From a virus: DNA of 64,000 bases. Of the stretch, positions 44,082-53,892 are shown piece by piece; the stretch's first letter is position 1, and every line of letters begins with the position of its first letter. Below the pieces are notes generated by a model. It saw nothing but the letters and a program-made list of their open reading frames with translations, did no database searches and was not told where the DNA came from. The position numbers and the translations under genes are program-made. The stretch spans positions 1-64,000 of the IMG/VR virus record IMGVR_UViG_3300035190_001334. One strand, 5' to 3'.

Positions 44082-44153
44082 TCCTAATTAGCTTAATGGT
44101 AAAGCGTCATTCTGTTAAAATGAAAGATTTTAGTTCGAGTCTAAAATTAGGAG
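44082..44153 (+). tRNA. tRNA-Asn (GTT)
   Basis: TCCTAAT/ATTAGGA; TCATT-CTGTTAA-AATGA; TTCGAGT. Confidence 0.9.
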
Positions 44154-44156
44154 TCT

Positions 44157-44228
44157 GGGTAATTCGCTCAGTGGGAGAGCATACGGCTTTTAACCGTACA
44201 TTCCTGAGTTCAAATCTCAGATAACCCT
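44157..44228 (+). tRNA. tRNA-Lys (TTT)
   Basis: GGGTAAT/ATAACCC; TACGG-CTTTTAA-CCGTA; TTCAAAT. Confidence 0.88.
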
Positions 44229-44306
44229 TTGTGCTTAGCTCAGTTGGATTAGAGCATTGAGTTTCTACCTCAAGAGTCGCTGGTTCGAGTCCAGCAGCAC
44301 AAGCCA
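44229..44306 (+). tRNA. tRNA-Arg (TCT)
   Basis: TTGTGCT/AGCACAA-G-CCA; TTGAG-TTTCTAC-CTCAA. Confidence 0.9.
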
Positions 44307-44309
44307 AAT

Positions 44310-44381
44310 GCCCAAATAGCTCAGTGGGAGAGCAGTGGTTTTGTAAACCAAAGGTTGTCAGTCCGAATCTGACTTTGGGCT
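44310..44381 (+). tRNA. tRNA-Thr (TGT)
   Basis: GCCCAAA/TTTGGGC; TGGT-TTTGTAA-ACCA; T-loop TCCGAAT. Confidence 0.85.
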
Positions 44382-46309
44382 TAATCCTTAATTTCAATAT
44401 TTTCTCGCCCATTCTCCACAAAGCCGCTTGGGAAGAGCGACGGCTGTTCCCCTAGCTCTGCTTGCTGTTCAGGGTTTGGCGCGAACACCAGAAGTGATTC
44501 CGAGTCATTTGCAGCAATAGGTCTGTACCCAATATTGTAAGTACTAATTCCTCCAGCACCAAAGCTCCCTAATATCTGATTGTAGACGTTTATATAAGCG
44601 TTCTGGCTATTAAGTGCATTTGGGGGATAGAAGCCTGACACAGCCGCAAAACCCGACTGAGGTATTGTAACTGAGCTATCGTAATACCTATCGCCAGAGG
44701 ACGAATTACTAACAACTCTACGTGGATTTACTTGATAGTAGTAACAGCCATCGTGCGAAAATAGTGGCGGCATCGAGTATTTCAACACAAACTCAAAAAT
44801 ACCTTGCCTGACAGCAAAAAAGCCACTCTCAGGGTTTATTGGCGTACTCCAAGTAGTCATAGCTCTATTGGGTATGTCCGTCTTTATGAGCGCACCATAA
44901 GGGTTAGTACCATCTACGAATAGCTGCCCTTTCATTTTTTCACCTGTAAGACGATTAATACCGTAAGTGAACTGATTTTTAACTGTTGGGTAGACATCTA
45001 AAATTTTTCCATAAGCCCACCAATACTGATATCCCCAAGAATAACTAACGCCCCTCTCACCTTGCGCGTGTTTGATGTCATAAGGTTGCTCAATTTTTCC
45101 TTCTGCCATGCCCATATCAAGTCGCAGCATATTTACACCTTCCTTAGAAGCCGCTAGTACTCCAAAAGGATTAGGTCGCAACACATTTGATTCTTGCTTA
45201 TATTTGTGTAAACTGAATCTAGCTTCATCAGTCCCGTAGTCAGGGTCTTTTCGCTTAGATGCAAGTCGATAGTTGGTATTTCCGACATAAGTGGCTTGGG
45301 AGTTGCAGGTTTCAGTGATTGTTTTTTGAGTCAGGTAATTAGCTGACATTTCAGGACGCAAACACAAGTCAAGGGCATAGTTCGAGTTCCTTTTCTGCAC
45401 AAGTACCGAAGTTTCGTCAAAAGCTTGTTGGTCAAATTGCACGGAGGCATTTCTACTGCGTTTCCTAAGTACTGACTGCCCTCTGCACCAAGTAAATGAA
45501 TATGTTGGTGTAACACTGTAGGAAACAACCGTAACACCTAATCTTGACTTACCGTTACTGATTTGCTTATATCTGCTATCATCTCTCGGCGCAAACCCGT
45601 AAACAGGAATTTTGTCGTCTGAGTCGATAGCTAAAGCGCCCCAAATACCTCCCCCCAAGTATTTAAGTGACTCCAGAGAGAAATTCTCCTTGAAACAACT
45701 AGGAACTCCAGTATCATCAAGGTTAAGCTCATATACTGTCTTTTCTGTAACAGCTATTCCGTCGTTAGCTGGTGATATGTCTGCGTTGTCGATAGTAACC
45801 AAACGCCAGTCCACATCTTTTAAGCCATATTGCCTAGTAACAACAGATTTAACATAGGCAAGATGTACAGACCACCCTTCTCGGTTTCTAGAGTTTGCTG
45901 TGACGTAAGCGCGAATTTGGGTCTGGTAGCTATCACAGAAAAAAGTGAAGATTGGTTCGTTAACGCCGTACAGGTCTTCATCGACGAAAACTGAGAAGTA
46001 GTTGATAAGGTCTTCTTCTGTCTCTGGGAACTTAACTGGCGCTGGCAGAGGGAATTGGGCTAGCACAGCGCTTCTCTCTAGGTTGGCTTGAGCTATACGC
46101 AATCTAGCAGTTACTGTTTCAAGTGACAACCCTTCAAGTTTGCGAACAGTCACAAGTTTAAAGAGCGACTCATTGGATGTTTTTTGCTTTGTTCGTTTTT
46201 GTACTTTCGTATCTACCGTCGATTGGTTGGAAACTAGAAGCCACTCATTCGTCTGGCTTTCTTGTAACCAAATTTTTCCTGTGGAATCACGTTTAATAAA
46301 TCTTCCCAT
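44381..46309 (-). CDS. Hypothetical, probably virion protein
   Basis: 642-aa ORF in the - strand structural block. Confidence 0.55.
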   Translation of the reverse strand: MGRFIKRDSTGKIWLQESQTNEWLLVSNQSTVDTKVQKRTKQKTSNESLFKLVTVRKLEGLSLETVTARLRIAQANLERSAVLAQFPLPAPVKFPETEEDLINYFSVFVDEDLYGVNEPIFTFFCDSYQTQIRAYVTANSRNREGWSVHLAYVKSVVTRQYGLKDVDWRLVTIDNADISPANDGIAVTEKTVYELNLDDTGVPSCFKENFSLESLKYLGGGIWGALAIDSDDKIPVYGFAPRDDSRYKQISNGKSRLGVTVVSYSVTPTYSFTWCRGQSVLRKRSRNASVQFDQQAFDETSVLVQKRNSNYALDLCLRPEMSANYLTQKTITETCNSQATYVGNTNYRLASKRKDPDYGTDEARFSLHKYKQESNVLRPNPFGVLAASKEGVNMLRLDMGMAEGKIEQPYDIKHAQGERGVSYSWGYQYWWAYGKILDVYPTVKNQFTYGINRLTGEKMKGQLFVDGTNPYGALIKTDIPNRAMTTWSTPINPESGFFAVRQGIFEFVLKYSMPPLFSHDGCYYYQVNPRRVVSNSSSGDRYYDSSVTIPQSGFAAVSGFYPPNALNSQNAYINVYNQILGSFGAGGISTYNIGYRPIAANDSESLLVFAPNPEQQAELGEQPSLFPSGFVENGRENIEIKD

Positions 46310-47055
46310 TATGCAATAGGAATTTTTGTAGAAACTGGAGATTGTGTTGCAAATTTATTACGAATATATCTTGCGCCTTTAGTGATGCCAGTTCCATCTG
46401 CTGTGGCACGACCAGCAGCACCTAGAAATGCCCCTGTAACTGCACCTTGAGCGCCACGTCCAATCATCTTGCCAACCCGACCTAAGCCAGATGTATTAGC
46501 CATCTCTTCTTCTGACTCTCCAAGACCGCCTCCTTTAGCCAATCCCGCACCAAGACCGACAAGACTGCCAATTTTAGCTGCTCCGCCAATGCCGAAATTT
46601 GCAAAATGCTGGAAATTACCTGAAAATCCTCCATATTGACCAGTTTGGAATTGTTGTTGACTTTTCCAATTTCCGACACTCATCTTCTTGCGAACCACAC
46701 CTCCTGCATCATAAAATTCATCAGGAGCAAGAGGTTTTTGACCGTTTCTAGGCGCTTGTTGCTTGCTAAGACCTCTACCTACCGATTGCGATGCCAAAGC
46801 TTCTGTACGTGCGTCTGGAGCAGTGCCATATTTAATATTTGCAGAACGTTGGTCGCGAGTTAATGAAAATGGCGAGTTATTTAGCTTCTGATTGCCAATG
46901 GCAGCTACATTTTTCTGGTTGAAAGCATCTATAACACCTTGCTTTGTTTTAGGTTGATTAGCAAATTGTTGACCTTTGTTTTTCAAAGTGTTTAGTACTG
47001 CTTGACCTTGAGTAGCCAAGTTTTTAAAGAAGAAGTCGGAGGTTTGGTATGCCAT
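46309..47055 (-). CDS. Basic Gly-zipper protein of the ANF-motif family
   Basis: QHFANF at aa 149-154, followed by GIGGAAKIG and Gly zippers. Confidence 0.7.
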   Translation of the reverse strand: MAYQTSDFFFKNLATQGQAVLNTLKNKGQQFANQPKTKQGVIDAFNQKNVAAIGNQKLNNSPFSLTRDQRSANIKYGTAPDARTEALASQSVGRGLSKQQAPRNGQKPLAPDEFYDAGGVVRKKMSVGNWKSQQQFQTGQYGGFSGNFQHFANFGIGGAAKIGSLVGLGAGLAKGGGLGESEEEMANTSGLGRVGKMIGRGAQGAVTGAFLGAAGRATADGTGITKGARYIRNKFATQSPVSTKIPIA

Positions 47056-47097
47056 TATTTAATTGGTAGTGAAAGTCTTTACTCTAGTTTATCATTG

Positions 47098-50000
47098 CTA
47101 GTTTTTCGGCAAAGGTAAATTTGGAGGGAGAAAGTCAGTAGTGTACCGAGATTGACCTAGCGTGACTCTGAATGATTGAATATATCCTGAAAAATTGGTT
47201 ATGCTATAACCAATATTTAAATTTTCCGTCCAATTCATATTTATATTCTTAGTTTTGTCGCGAAGCTCTCCCTCGACAAAAAGACGAGAGTAGCCATTTT
47301 TATTCGTAAGAGCTAAATGGAACCACTTTTTCGGTTCTATGTCTTCAGCAACCATCGGACTTGTATAGTTCGGTTGGCTCTTGTAACAGCGAATGGTCGC
47401 CTCATCATTGAATGCAAATATTCTGGGATTATGTTGACCTGAAGACAAAATACCTTGCAAAATTGAATCAGAATTATATGAACTACCGCTTAAAGAGTTT
47501 ACATCACCTACTATCGGCTCTGGAACATACTCAACCGCATCTGCTGCGCTCCCAATCACTATATTGTTGCTCCGAGTAAATAATCCCGAAACGGCTTGGA
47601 TACTTGTGTTGAAAGTGCTGGATAACGAGGTGTAAACTTTATACCCTATACTTCCTGCACGTTTTTGCCACTCCGCAACAAACCCATTAGCTCCCTTAAC
47701 TCTATTTTCTGCCACTTCTGGAGATTCAATCGCTGAATCACTAGTAACCGAAACGCTATTAACATCGCCAACCAATTTATTGTCAAATCCATCTACTTTC
47801 CTTGAAAAATCACTCGTATTTGATATATCAACAACATAATCAGTAGCTCCAACAATATCGCTCCAACTAATATCAAACGATGTAGGAGTAACCGACGATG
47901 CAGGGCTTGCAATAGGGGCAGAAAGAGAGAATGTGGTCAGCGAGGATAAATAGATGTAGAACTCAATGCAATAGTCCTGATTGGCGCTCAGTGGCTGCTG
48001 AAGCGTGGCAACAATGCTTGAACCCTGACCATTAAACCGCATAGACTTTAACAAGCCAGTAGGATACTCATCTCCGACTACATCGACATTATTTACTGCA
48101 AGTGTGACCTCATACTGGCTCTCGTCAACGATATTCGTTCCAGTGGGTTGAAGCAGCAGCAATGTTTGGTTGTAGTACGGGTCGGGCAAATAATCAGGAA
48201 CCACAGCAGTCCTAGTAAGTGTGTTTGACGCTTGATTCAAAGTGCCAATTGCCGATGCGACCGTATTTGCCGCCACTGAGACTGAAAAAGTACCACTTGT
48301 GAGCGCCTGAATTTCAAACGAGTAGCTATTGTTGTTACTTGCCTTGAGAAGACCACCCACAATACAATTAGTCAGTGTCAGAGCCGCCAAACTGAAGGCT
48401 GGAGCATCTTTGTTGAGAGTAACTGTCGCATATAGCTTGTAGCTGTTATCGTTAGACTGAGTAGTGGCAAAAACAATAGTGAAAGGACTATTCTCTACAA
48501 AAACGGCTGTATTGTTGGTAGTTGCGCTGAAATCCTTGTTTGGTAAGCTTGGCTCATTGTGAATTGCTATGTTGAAGTACACTTTCTGGTCAGTTACTTC
48601 GTTTTCCAATAATAGCGTTGCAACATAAGTGTTGTACTGAGTATTCACAACGTCAGCAGATTGCCCTAGAATCGTCACTACAGGCAAGTTAGTAAGCTCG
48701 ATGATGCTATTGAAGGTCAGCGACAGTGTATTGCCATTGACAGCCTTATTTGACACGTAGTTGTCCGATACCAATGAAATGTAGTCGAGCAATTCTGTTA
48801 CATCAAGAATATTTGTAACAAGTGGGTATGGTATTAGAGGTACATCGTGTTGGTAAGCTGTGTAGAGAGCTTTTCCAACTGTGAGGCGTAAGTTCGACAA
48901 AAAGTACGGTGCTTGAGTGACGCGATTTTTGTAGTAGCCAATTTTTAGGTCGCCACTAGAGATGTTGATAACATTACCTGACTGCACAAGCCCAATTCGT
49001 ACTCCATTACGATAAAACCGATAGACATTGCCTTTTTTCGTAATTGCAAAATGAGGGAATTTCTGCTGTAAGGTGTATGCTCCATTCTCGTATGCTGGAT
49101 AAACTGGATTGTTACCTGAAAATACGTCTGTCTCAGCTAAAGTAACCCCAGAGAACAAGCTAGTAGGTAAGTCGATGCTTCGAGCCATGACTATGTTGCC
49201 ATTAACCGCTAGAACTGCAAAACCAAAACCAGACTTCTCGACAGAAAAGAGATGAGCTGTATTCTGAGGGCTAAAAGTGTTGCCGCGATAGTGAAATTCG
49301 ATAGTCCAATCCCCAGTAAGCACTAACGATGAACTTTGACCAATGGCTTCAAAATTATCGTAAGTCAGTCCAGACTGCTCTAATTGAGGCACTACCGCCA
49401 AAGAACTATCTGTACCTATAGGAAACACCGTAGAAGAAAATAACGTGTTGTTGGTGACTATTTCAGCTAGTTGATATTGGTTTGGTGAAACATCATTGAT
49501 TGTGGTTGATAACTGAAAAGGTAGTTGCAAAATTGGGAAAGATTCAGCATAAATCCGTGCAAGCAAGTTACTTTTTGATGAGCTAATGTTAGAGTCCGTT
49601 ATACCAGCACCTTCTAGCGCCTGAACATACACCACACCTTGTTTTTCGGGAGTTATGTTGAATTGGTAAGTCTGCTTCAACTCGTCAATCAAATTTAGGT
49701 TGGACAAAACGCCATTTGAAACACCTATTTTGCTAATGTCGAACGTAGTGATAGCTGCATCCCAAGTAATTGTGCAACTGAAAGCTTCGTTAATGTAAGG
49801 GCTTGAACCGCTTGTTATGGTGGGTACAGGTGCATTTTTGTTGATGACATACGATTGACCTTCAAAGCTTAACTCACCTGTGTAATTCGATATAAGTGTT
49901 GAGATGCCTTTATATCTGACCGTTCTCCTATCTACAAAATTTAAGCCTAGTTTGCCATTACCAGTTCCAGTTGTGGCTGTAACAACGTACTCAAGCTCGT

Positions 50001-52029
50001 TATTTTTGACAATGGTAGTCAGTGCCGCGCCAGCCACACCTTCTATCTGAGAAAGGCTAAAATCCGCAAGAACCAAGTTATCAACTGCTTGTGCAAGGTA
50101 AACATACCACTGACAAGTGCTGGTGCTAATAGATGGGGTAGTGACGACAGTAACAATAGCCAAAATTCGTGCTTTGGGGTGGGTCAGCACGTTAGTTGTC
50201 AAAGGCAGAGGTTGTAGGCAGTGATTATAGAAATAGTCGTTAGGGACGGTCGAACTTACAAAGCGGTTGGCATTGGTGACGCGCAAACCCTTAACACCTA
50301 AAGTTCTTGTAGCCCCTCCACTAGATGATACCCAAGGCTGATACAGACTGCCAAATTTAAGTTCGAGTTTGTTTGTCTCTTGATACAGAGTGCCAGCGTA
50401 GGCAACCGTTTTTACATTGACTCCGTTGATATAGAAGTACAAAAAGCCGTCTTCCCTTGAAACAGCTAAATGAGTGTTAGGTTCGCCAAAAACCGACGCA
50501 ATTTTCACTGTGCTGGTAGTGATATTAGAGTTGATGGAGCCATTGTTGTAGAAAAGAATGTCTGTGCTAGGTAAAACGTAATCGGTCAAAGTACTGCCCC
50601 GTCGAGTTACTAAGTTGCCAGTTTCAGAGCTAAAAGTCTTCCAATTAATGCCATCTTCGCTGCAACTAAAGCTGAGATATGCCCCAAGCCTTCTGCTACT
50701 ATTTTGTAAGTCAGAGTAAAAGCTAAAGTCAATGCTGGCAACTAGTTTGTTATTAGAGGTGAGCGACAGCAGATTAACCTTTTCAACACCATCTGTATCT
50801 GAAATATTGAGACTTAGCCATTCCTCTAAAGTTTTGTTCTGCAAAAGACCAGCATTATTCTCAAAAAGACCAAGATAAAGCTCCATAGTCCATCGGGAAG
50901 TAGATAAATTGGTCGTAATCTGCTCAGAGGTGTAAGTGGTGTTGCCTTCAAGTTCTAAGAAGCCGCTATTGAAGTTTGGTACTTTCTTGCGTAGCTCTGT
51001 GTTACTAAGTCGCTTGAAATTTGGTGCATAGTTGTAGGCATCAAACTGTAGAGGGAAATTGAACAAAGTATCTGCATAACTAGCATCAACTCTGTTAGCT
51101 ACAGCGTTTTTTGGCAGTGGTAGTGTGTAATTGTAGAAAGAGGAAGGATATCTAGAGACAGTTTTGGTGATTCTGAAGTTGGAGATGCCGCCACTAAAAC
51201 TTGCATCAATCATATTGGTCGAAATAAAACCAATCAGTGAGTCAGCAAGAAGTGGCGCTCCCAAAGAAAGCCTTGTTAGCGCAGTGTCAGCGTTGTCAGC
51301 AGCATTGAAAGTTAAGTTGTAGGAAAAAGCGTAGATGTTTGTTTGTGTGAAATTGATGTAAGTTTTTAGTTGATTAGCTTCCCTGACAATTGCGACTGTG
51401 TAAAACTGATTGACGGCTATTGGTGAGGTGTTTATTTTGAAGGTCGCACCTTTAGAGTAGAAATAAAGGTCTGTGTTCAGTAAAAATAGTCCGTAGCCGT
51501 TGGTGCTATTGTTACCAGTAGAAATAATTGGTGTTTGTCTGTAATCACCTGCATTGATTTGTATACAAGCCCCCATACCAAAAACAGTTTGAACTGGGTA
51601 AATTGTGTCTACATAAAAAGACAAGTCAATAGTGAAATTATCCGTACCTAAACTAAACCCCTCAGAATATCCACTTAGTTGCACATCACAGTAGCTTGGC
51701 TTGACTAACGATTCACCTTGCCCTAGATTAAGTTCCGCAGCCCTACTGATGCGATTTACTGCGTTTGGGATGCGTAGACATGAACTGACACCTGCAAGAG
51801 TCGGTATTCCTGTGGTTGGGTAATTTATTGCAGAATCGATGCTTGTTCCAGTGAAATTTTTGACATGGCGCTGAAAACGTGAATAATCACGGCTAAATGG
51901 CAGACCTCGGCTGTTATCGCTGGCGCTTCCTGAGATGAGCAAGATAACGTCATTGAAATATACGTCCTCGACCACAGAGTTAGTGGCATCAGCGCTTGCT
52001 AGGTATTTTGCGAGAGTCTTTCCTTCCAT
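47098..52029 (-). CDS. Very large tail protein (multiple LamG, Ig-like and FN3 domains)
   Basis: LGTDNFTID, WTIEF, HFAI, LSNLRLTVGKALYT, Ig-like TITWD..IT.F, FRVTLGQSRYT. Confidence 0.8.
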   Translation of the reverse strand: MEGKTLAKYLASADATNSVVEDVYFNDVILLISGSASDNSRGLPFSRDYSRFQRHVKNFTGTSIDSAINYPTTGIPTLAGVSSCLRIPNAVNRISRAAELNLGQGESLVKPSYCDVQLSGYSEGFSLGTDNFTIDLSFYVDTIYPVQTVFGMGACIQINAGDYRQTPIISTGNNSTNGYGLFLLNTDLYFYSKGATFKINTSPIAVNQFYTVAIVREANQLKTYINFTQTNIYAFSYNLTFNAADNADTALTRLSLGAPLLADSLIGFISTNMIDASFSGGISNFRITKTVSRYPSSFYNYTLPLPKNAVANRVDASYADTLFNFPLQFDAYNYAPNFKRLSNTELRKKVPNFNSGFLELEGNTTYTSEQITTNLSTSRWTMELYLGLFENNAGLLQNKTLEEWLSLNISDTDGVEKVNLLSLTSNNKLVASIDFSFYSDLQNSSRRLGAYLSFSCSEDGINWKTFSSETGNLVTRRGSTLTDYVLPSTDILFYNNGSINSNITTSTVKIASVFGEPNTHLAVSREDGFLYFYINGVNVKTVAYAGTLYQETNKLELKFGSLYQPWVSSSGGATRTLGVKGLRVTNANRFVSSTVPNDYFYNHCLQPLPLTTNVLTHPKARILAIVTVVTTPSISTSTCQWYVYLAQAVDNLVLADFSLSQIEGVAGAALTTIVKNNELEYVVTATTGTGNGKLGLNFVDRRTVRYKGISTLISNYTGELSFEGQSYVINKNAPVPTITSGSSPYINEAFSCTITWDAAITTFDISKIGVSNGVLSNLNLIDELKQTYQFNITPEKQGVVYVQALEGAGITDSNISSSKSNLLARIYAESFPILQLPFQLSTTINDVSPNQYQLAEIVTNNTLFSSTVFPIGTDSSLAVVPQLEQSGLTYDNFEAIGQSSSLVLTGDWTIEFHYRGNTFSPQNTAHLFSVEKSGFGFAVLAVNGNIVMARSIDLPTSLFSGVTLAETDVFSGNNPVYPAYENGAYTLQQKFPHFAITKKGNVYRFYRNGVRIGLVQSGNVINISSGDLKIGYYKNRVTQAPYFLSNLRLTVGKALYTAYQHDVPLIPYPLVTNILDVTELLDYISLVSDNYVSNKAVNGNTLSLTFNSIIELTNLPVVTILGQSADVVNTQYNTYVATLLLENEVTDQKVYFNIAIHNEPSLPNKDFSATTNNTAVFVENSPFTIVFATTQSNDNSYKLYATVTLNKDAPAFSLAALTLTNCIVGGLLKASNNNSYSFEIQALTSGTFSVSVAANTVASAIGTLNQASNTLTRTAVVPDYLPDPYYNQTLLLLQPTGTNIVDESQYEVTLAVNNVDVVGDEYPTGLLKSMRFNGQGSSIVATLQQPLSANQDYCIEFYIYLSSLTTFSLSAPIASPASSVTPTSFDISWSDIVGATDYVVDISNTSDFSRKVDGFDNKLVGDVNSVSVTSDSAIESPEVAENRVKGANGFVAEWQKRAGSIGYKVYTSLSSTFNTSIQAVSGLFTRSNNIVIGSAADAVEYVPEPIVGDVNSLSGSSYNSDSILQGILSSGQHNPRIFAFNDEATIRCYKSQPNYTSPMVAEDIEPKKWFHLALTNKNGYSRLFVEGELRDKTKNINMNWTENLNIGYSITNFSGYIQSFRVTLGQSRYTTDFLPPNLPLPKN

Positions 52030-52084
52030 CAGACCATTATAACTTGCTGGCGCTCATTTCTTTCTGTCTACGAACGTCAGTGAG

Positions 52085-53683
52085 CTACCCTGCATCAGTA
52101 GTAGCAATCTTACCACGCTTCTTTACCACTCCAACACTATCCTTACGGGCTGAAAAAAGTATGATGTCAGATTTGCCATTTCCCGACAAAACTGGAGTTG
52201 TCCCACTAGGGAACAAGATAGTGTTGTCAAAAGCTACCGCACCTGTATTCTGTACCAATTCGACAATAAGTGCTTTAGTTTGATTATTGGCAAGCGTAGC
52301 GGTAAAGTTAATGTTAGTGATGGTGTTGCTTATATCTGCAACTGGAGTTTTTAAGATGAGGTAGTCATAATCTGCGTCAAGGTCGATTGTGTAGTTTGTC
52401 GGTGAGGATATTGTCACGGTGTTGGTCTTTATTTGGTCGCCAAGAGCCGTTATCACTTCGTTAGATAGCTTTGCCAGTCCAACGCTTCCGTCGGGCAATG
52501 CAGGATTAAAAACGACCCATCTACCAGTGGTCGGATTAGTGTTAGGAATCAGAACTGTGTCGCCGTTGTCGGACGCAGTGGATGCAGCATCGTACTTGTA
52601 AGGTCTATTGACCGATTCAACCAAACGCACTTGACCAGACTTGTATTGCACTGAGTTCAAGCTCTTGAGCGCCGCAATGTTGTCCACTGGCGCGTCCCAG
52701 AAAAGAAGGTCTTGTAGAAGCGCGTAATTGACCAGCTTGGGGTAGATACTGATGAAACTTTGTGCCGATACTCCGTCTAGAAGCTGTGAAGATGGTGTGA
52801 CTTCAATTACCACTGCTGAACCATCGGGGATGCCCTTGTTGAGCGCAATATCAAGCGTAGGGTACTCTTGCACCACTCCAAGGTTGTCGATACCAGTTGT
52901 ATCCAAGGCGAAAGAGGTGAGGTTTAAGTATCCAATAATCTTGACACCAAAGACGAGCCGTATAGCTGGGTCAGAGGTGTATTCGCTTAGATTGAGACGT
53001 AAACCCGTCAAAGTACCGCCAGTGTCGTTCACAATCCAGTATTTGATAGGGACTGGAATGGAATTGATGTTTTCGAGTGGGGCAACGAGTAGTGTCTCTT
53101 GGTCAGCGCTGATTACGTCAATTTCGGCTAACGAAGTGGTTTCGTAGAGGCTTGCTTCTCTAGTCTTGAACCAGCGACCGCTATTGTGTGCTAACACAGT
53201 AATATTATCGACACTTTCTACCGAACCGCTAACAAATTCGTAGCAGAAACCATTGGAATTTAAAGCTGCCCTAGTTCCCGTCAACAACCCAGTAAGATTA
53301 CTGATATCTGAAGGATTATTATATGTAGAGTTATTTAAAACAGATAAAGTTACATTAGTCGGAGTAACAGGTGTTATATAGTCTGCGGCAAAATGAGAAA
53401 ATTTGTATATTACCCTACTAGTTGTATAAGTATTGGTACTAGATATAGAAATAAGAGACTCTTTTACATCTTCATAGCCCAACGTGGTGAAGGTATCCGA
53501 AGAAATTACTATCGAGCCACTAGAAGATACTGTAATACTTGCAGATGGGGATGGTACAGTATACCCAGCCCTATTTCGCCTAACAAGCCACAGATAATAT
53601 GTCCCAGCCGCAAGGCTACCTCCTCCTACTGTTGATACTGTAGGGGCTACCAGTGTTTTACTTGAAGCATAGATAGTTTTCAT
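52085..53683 (-). CDS. Tail fibre/spike attachment protein
   Basis: GSLAAGTYY, two GRW modules, LPDGSV..AKLS. Confidence 0.7.
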   Translation of the reverse strand: MKTIYASSKTLVAPTVSTVGGGSLAAGTYYLWLVRRNRAGYTVPSPSASITVSSSGSIVISSDTFTTLGYEDVKESLISISSTNTYTTSRVIYKFSHFAADYITPVTPTNVTLSVLNNSTYNNPSDISNLTGLLTGTRAALNSNGFCYEFVSGSVESVDNITVLAHNSGRWFKTREASLYETTSLAEIDVISADQETLLVAPLENINSIPVPIKYWIVNDTGGTLTGLRLNLSEYTSDPAIRLVFGVKIIGYLNLTSFALDTTGIDNLGVVQEYPTLDIALNKGIPDGSAVVIEVTPSSQLLDGVSAQSFISIYPKLVNYALLQDLLFWDAPVDNIAALKSLNSVQYKSGQVRLVESVNRPYKYDAASTASDNGDTVLIPNTNPTTGRWVVFNPALPDGSVGLAKLSNEVITALGDQIKTNTVTISSPTNYTIDLDADYDYLILKTPVADISNTITNINFTATLANNQTKALIVELVQNTGAVAFDNTILFPSGTTPVLSGNGKSDIILFSARKDSVGVVKKRGKIATTDAG

Positions 53684-53687
53684 TATC

Positions 53688-53834
53688 TTATTTTAACACT
53701 ACCACTTCAGGCAAAGAATCAATCCAGTCTTCAAAAAGTACCGTCATGGCTCTGTCTCTGGACTCGGCGTAATTTTTAAGCTTTGTCATGCGTTTCTCTG
53801 ACAAAGTGGCGTTGAATCTCTTATCTTTACTCAT
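53688..53834 (-). CDS. Ribbon-helix-helix microprotein (cassette 2; not in track)
   Basis: MSKDKRFNATLSEKRMTKLKNYAESRDRAMTVLFEDWIDSLPEVVVLK; paralog of 42609-42752. Confidence 0.75.
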   Translation of the reverse strand: MSKDKRFNATLSEKRMTKLKNYAESRDRAMTVLFEDWIDSLPEVVVLK

Positions 53835-53851
53835 GATTAGTGTCAATGTTA

Positions 53852-53870
53852 TGTTATACTTACTATTATA
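53852..53870. promoter_or_regulatory. Bidirectional promoter/operator of cassette 2
   Basis: TGTTATACTTACTATTATA: extended -10 on +, TATAAT on -. Confidence 0.7.
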
Positions 53871-53892
53871 TCCTAGAAAACGATATTACGCA

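Noticed and set aside
44229-44306. Possible CTA suppressor tRNA or stop-codon recoding
   Set aside because: The 7-nt loop TTTCTAC centres on TCT (Arg); conserved genes are intact in the standard code and TAG terminates genes.
43646-44421. Track ORFs 43646-44224, 43729-43983 and 44107-44421
   Set aside because: They overlap the tRNA array and are spurious.
53788-53892. Hydrophobic N-terminal extension of the second GIY-YIG gene
   Set aside because: It is antisense to the RHH gene and promoter; the paralog aligns from ATG 53893.
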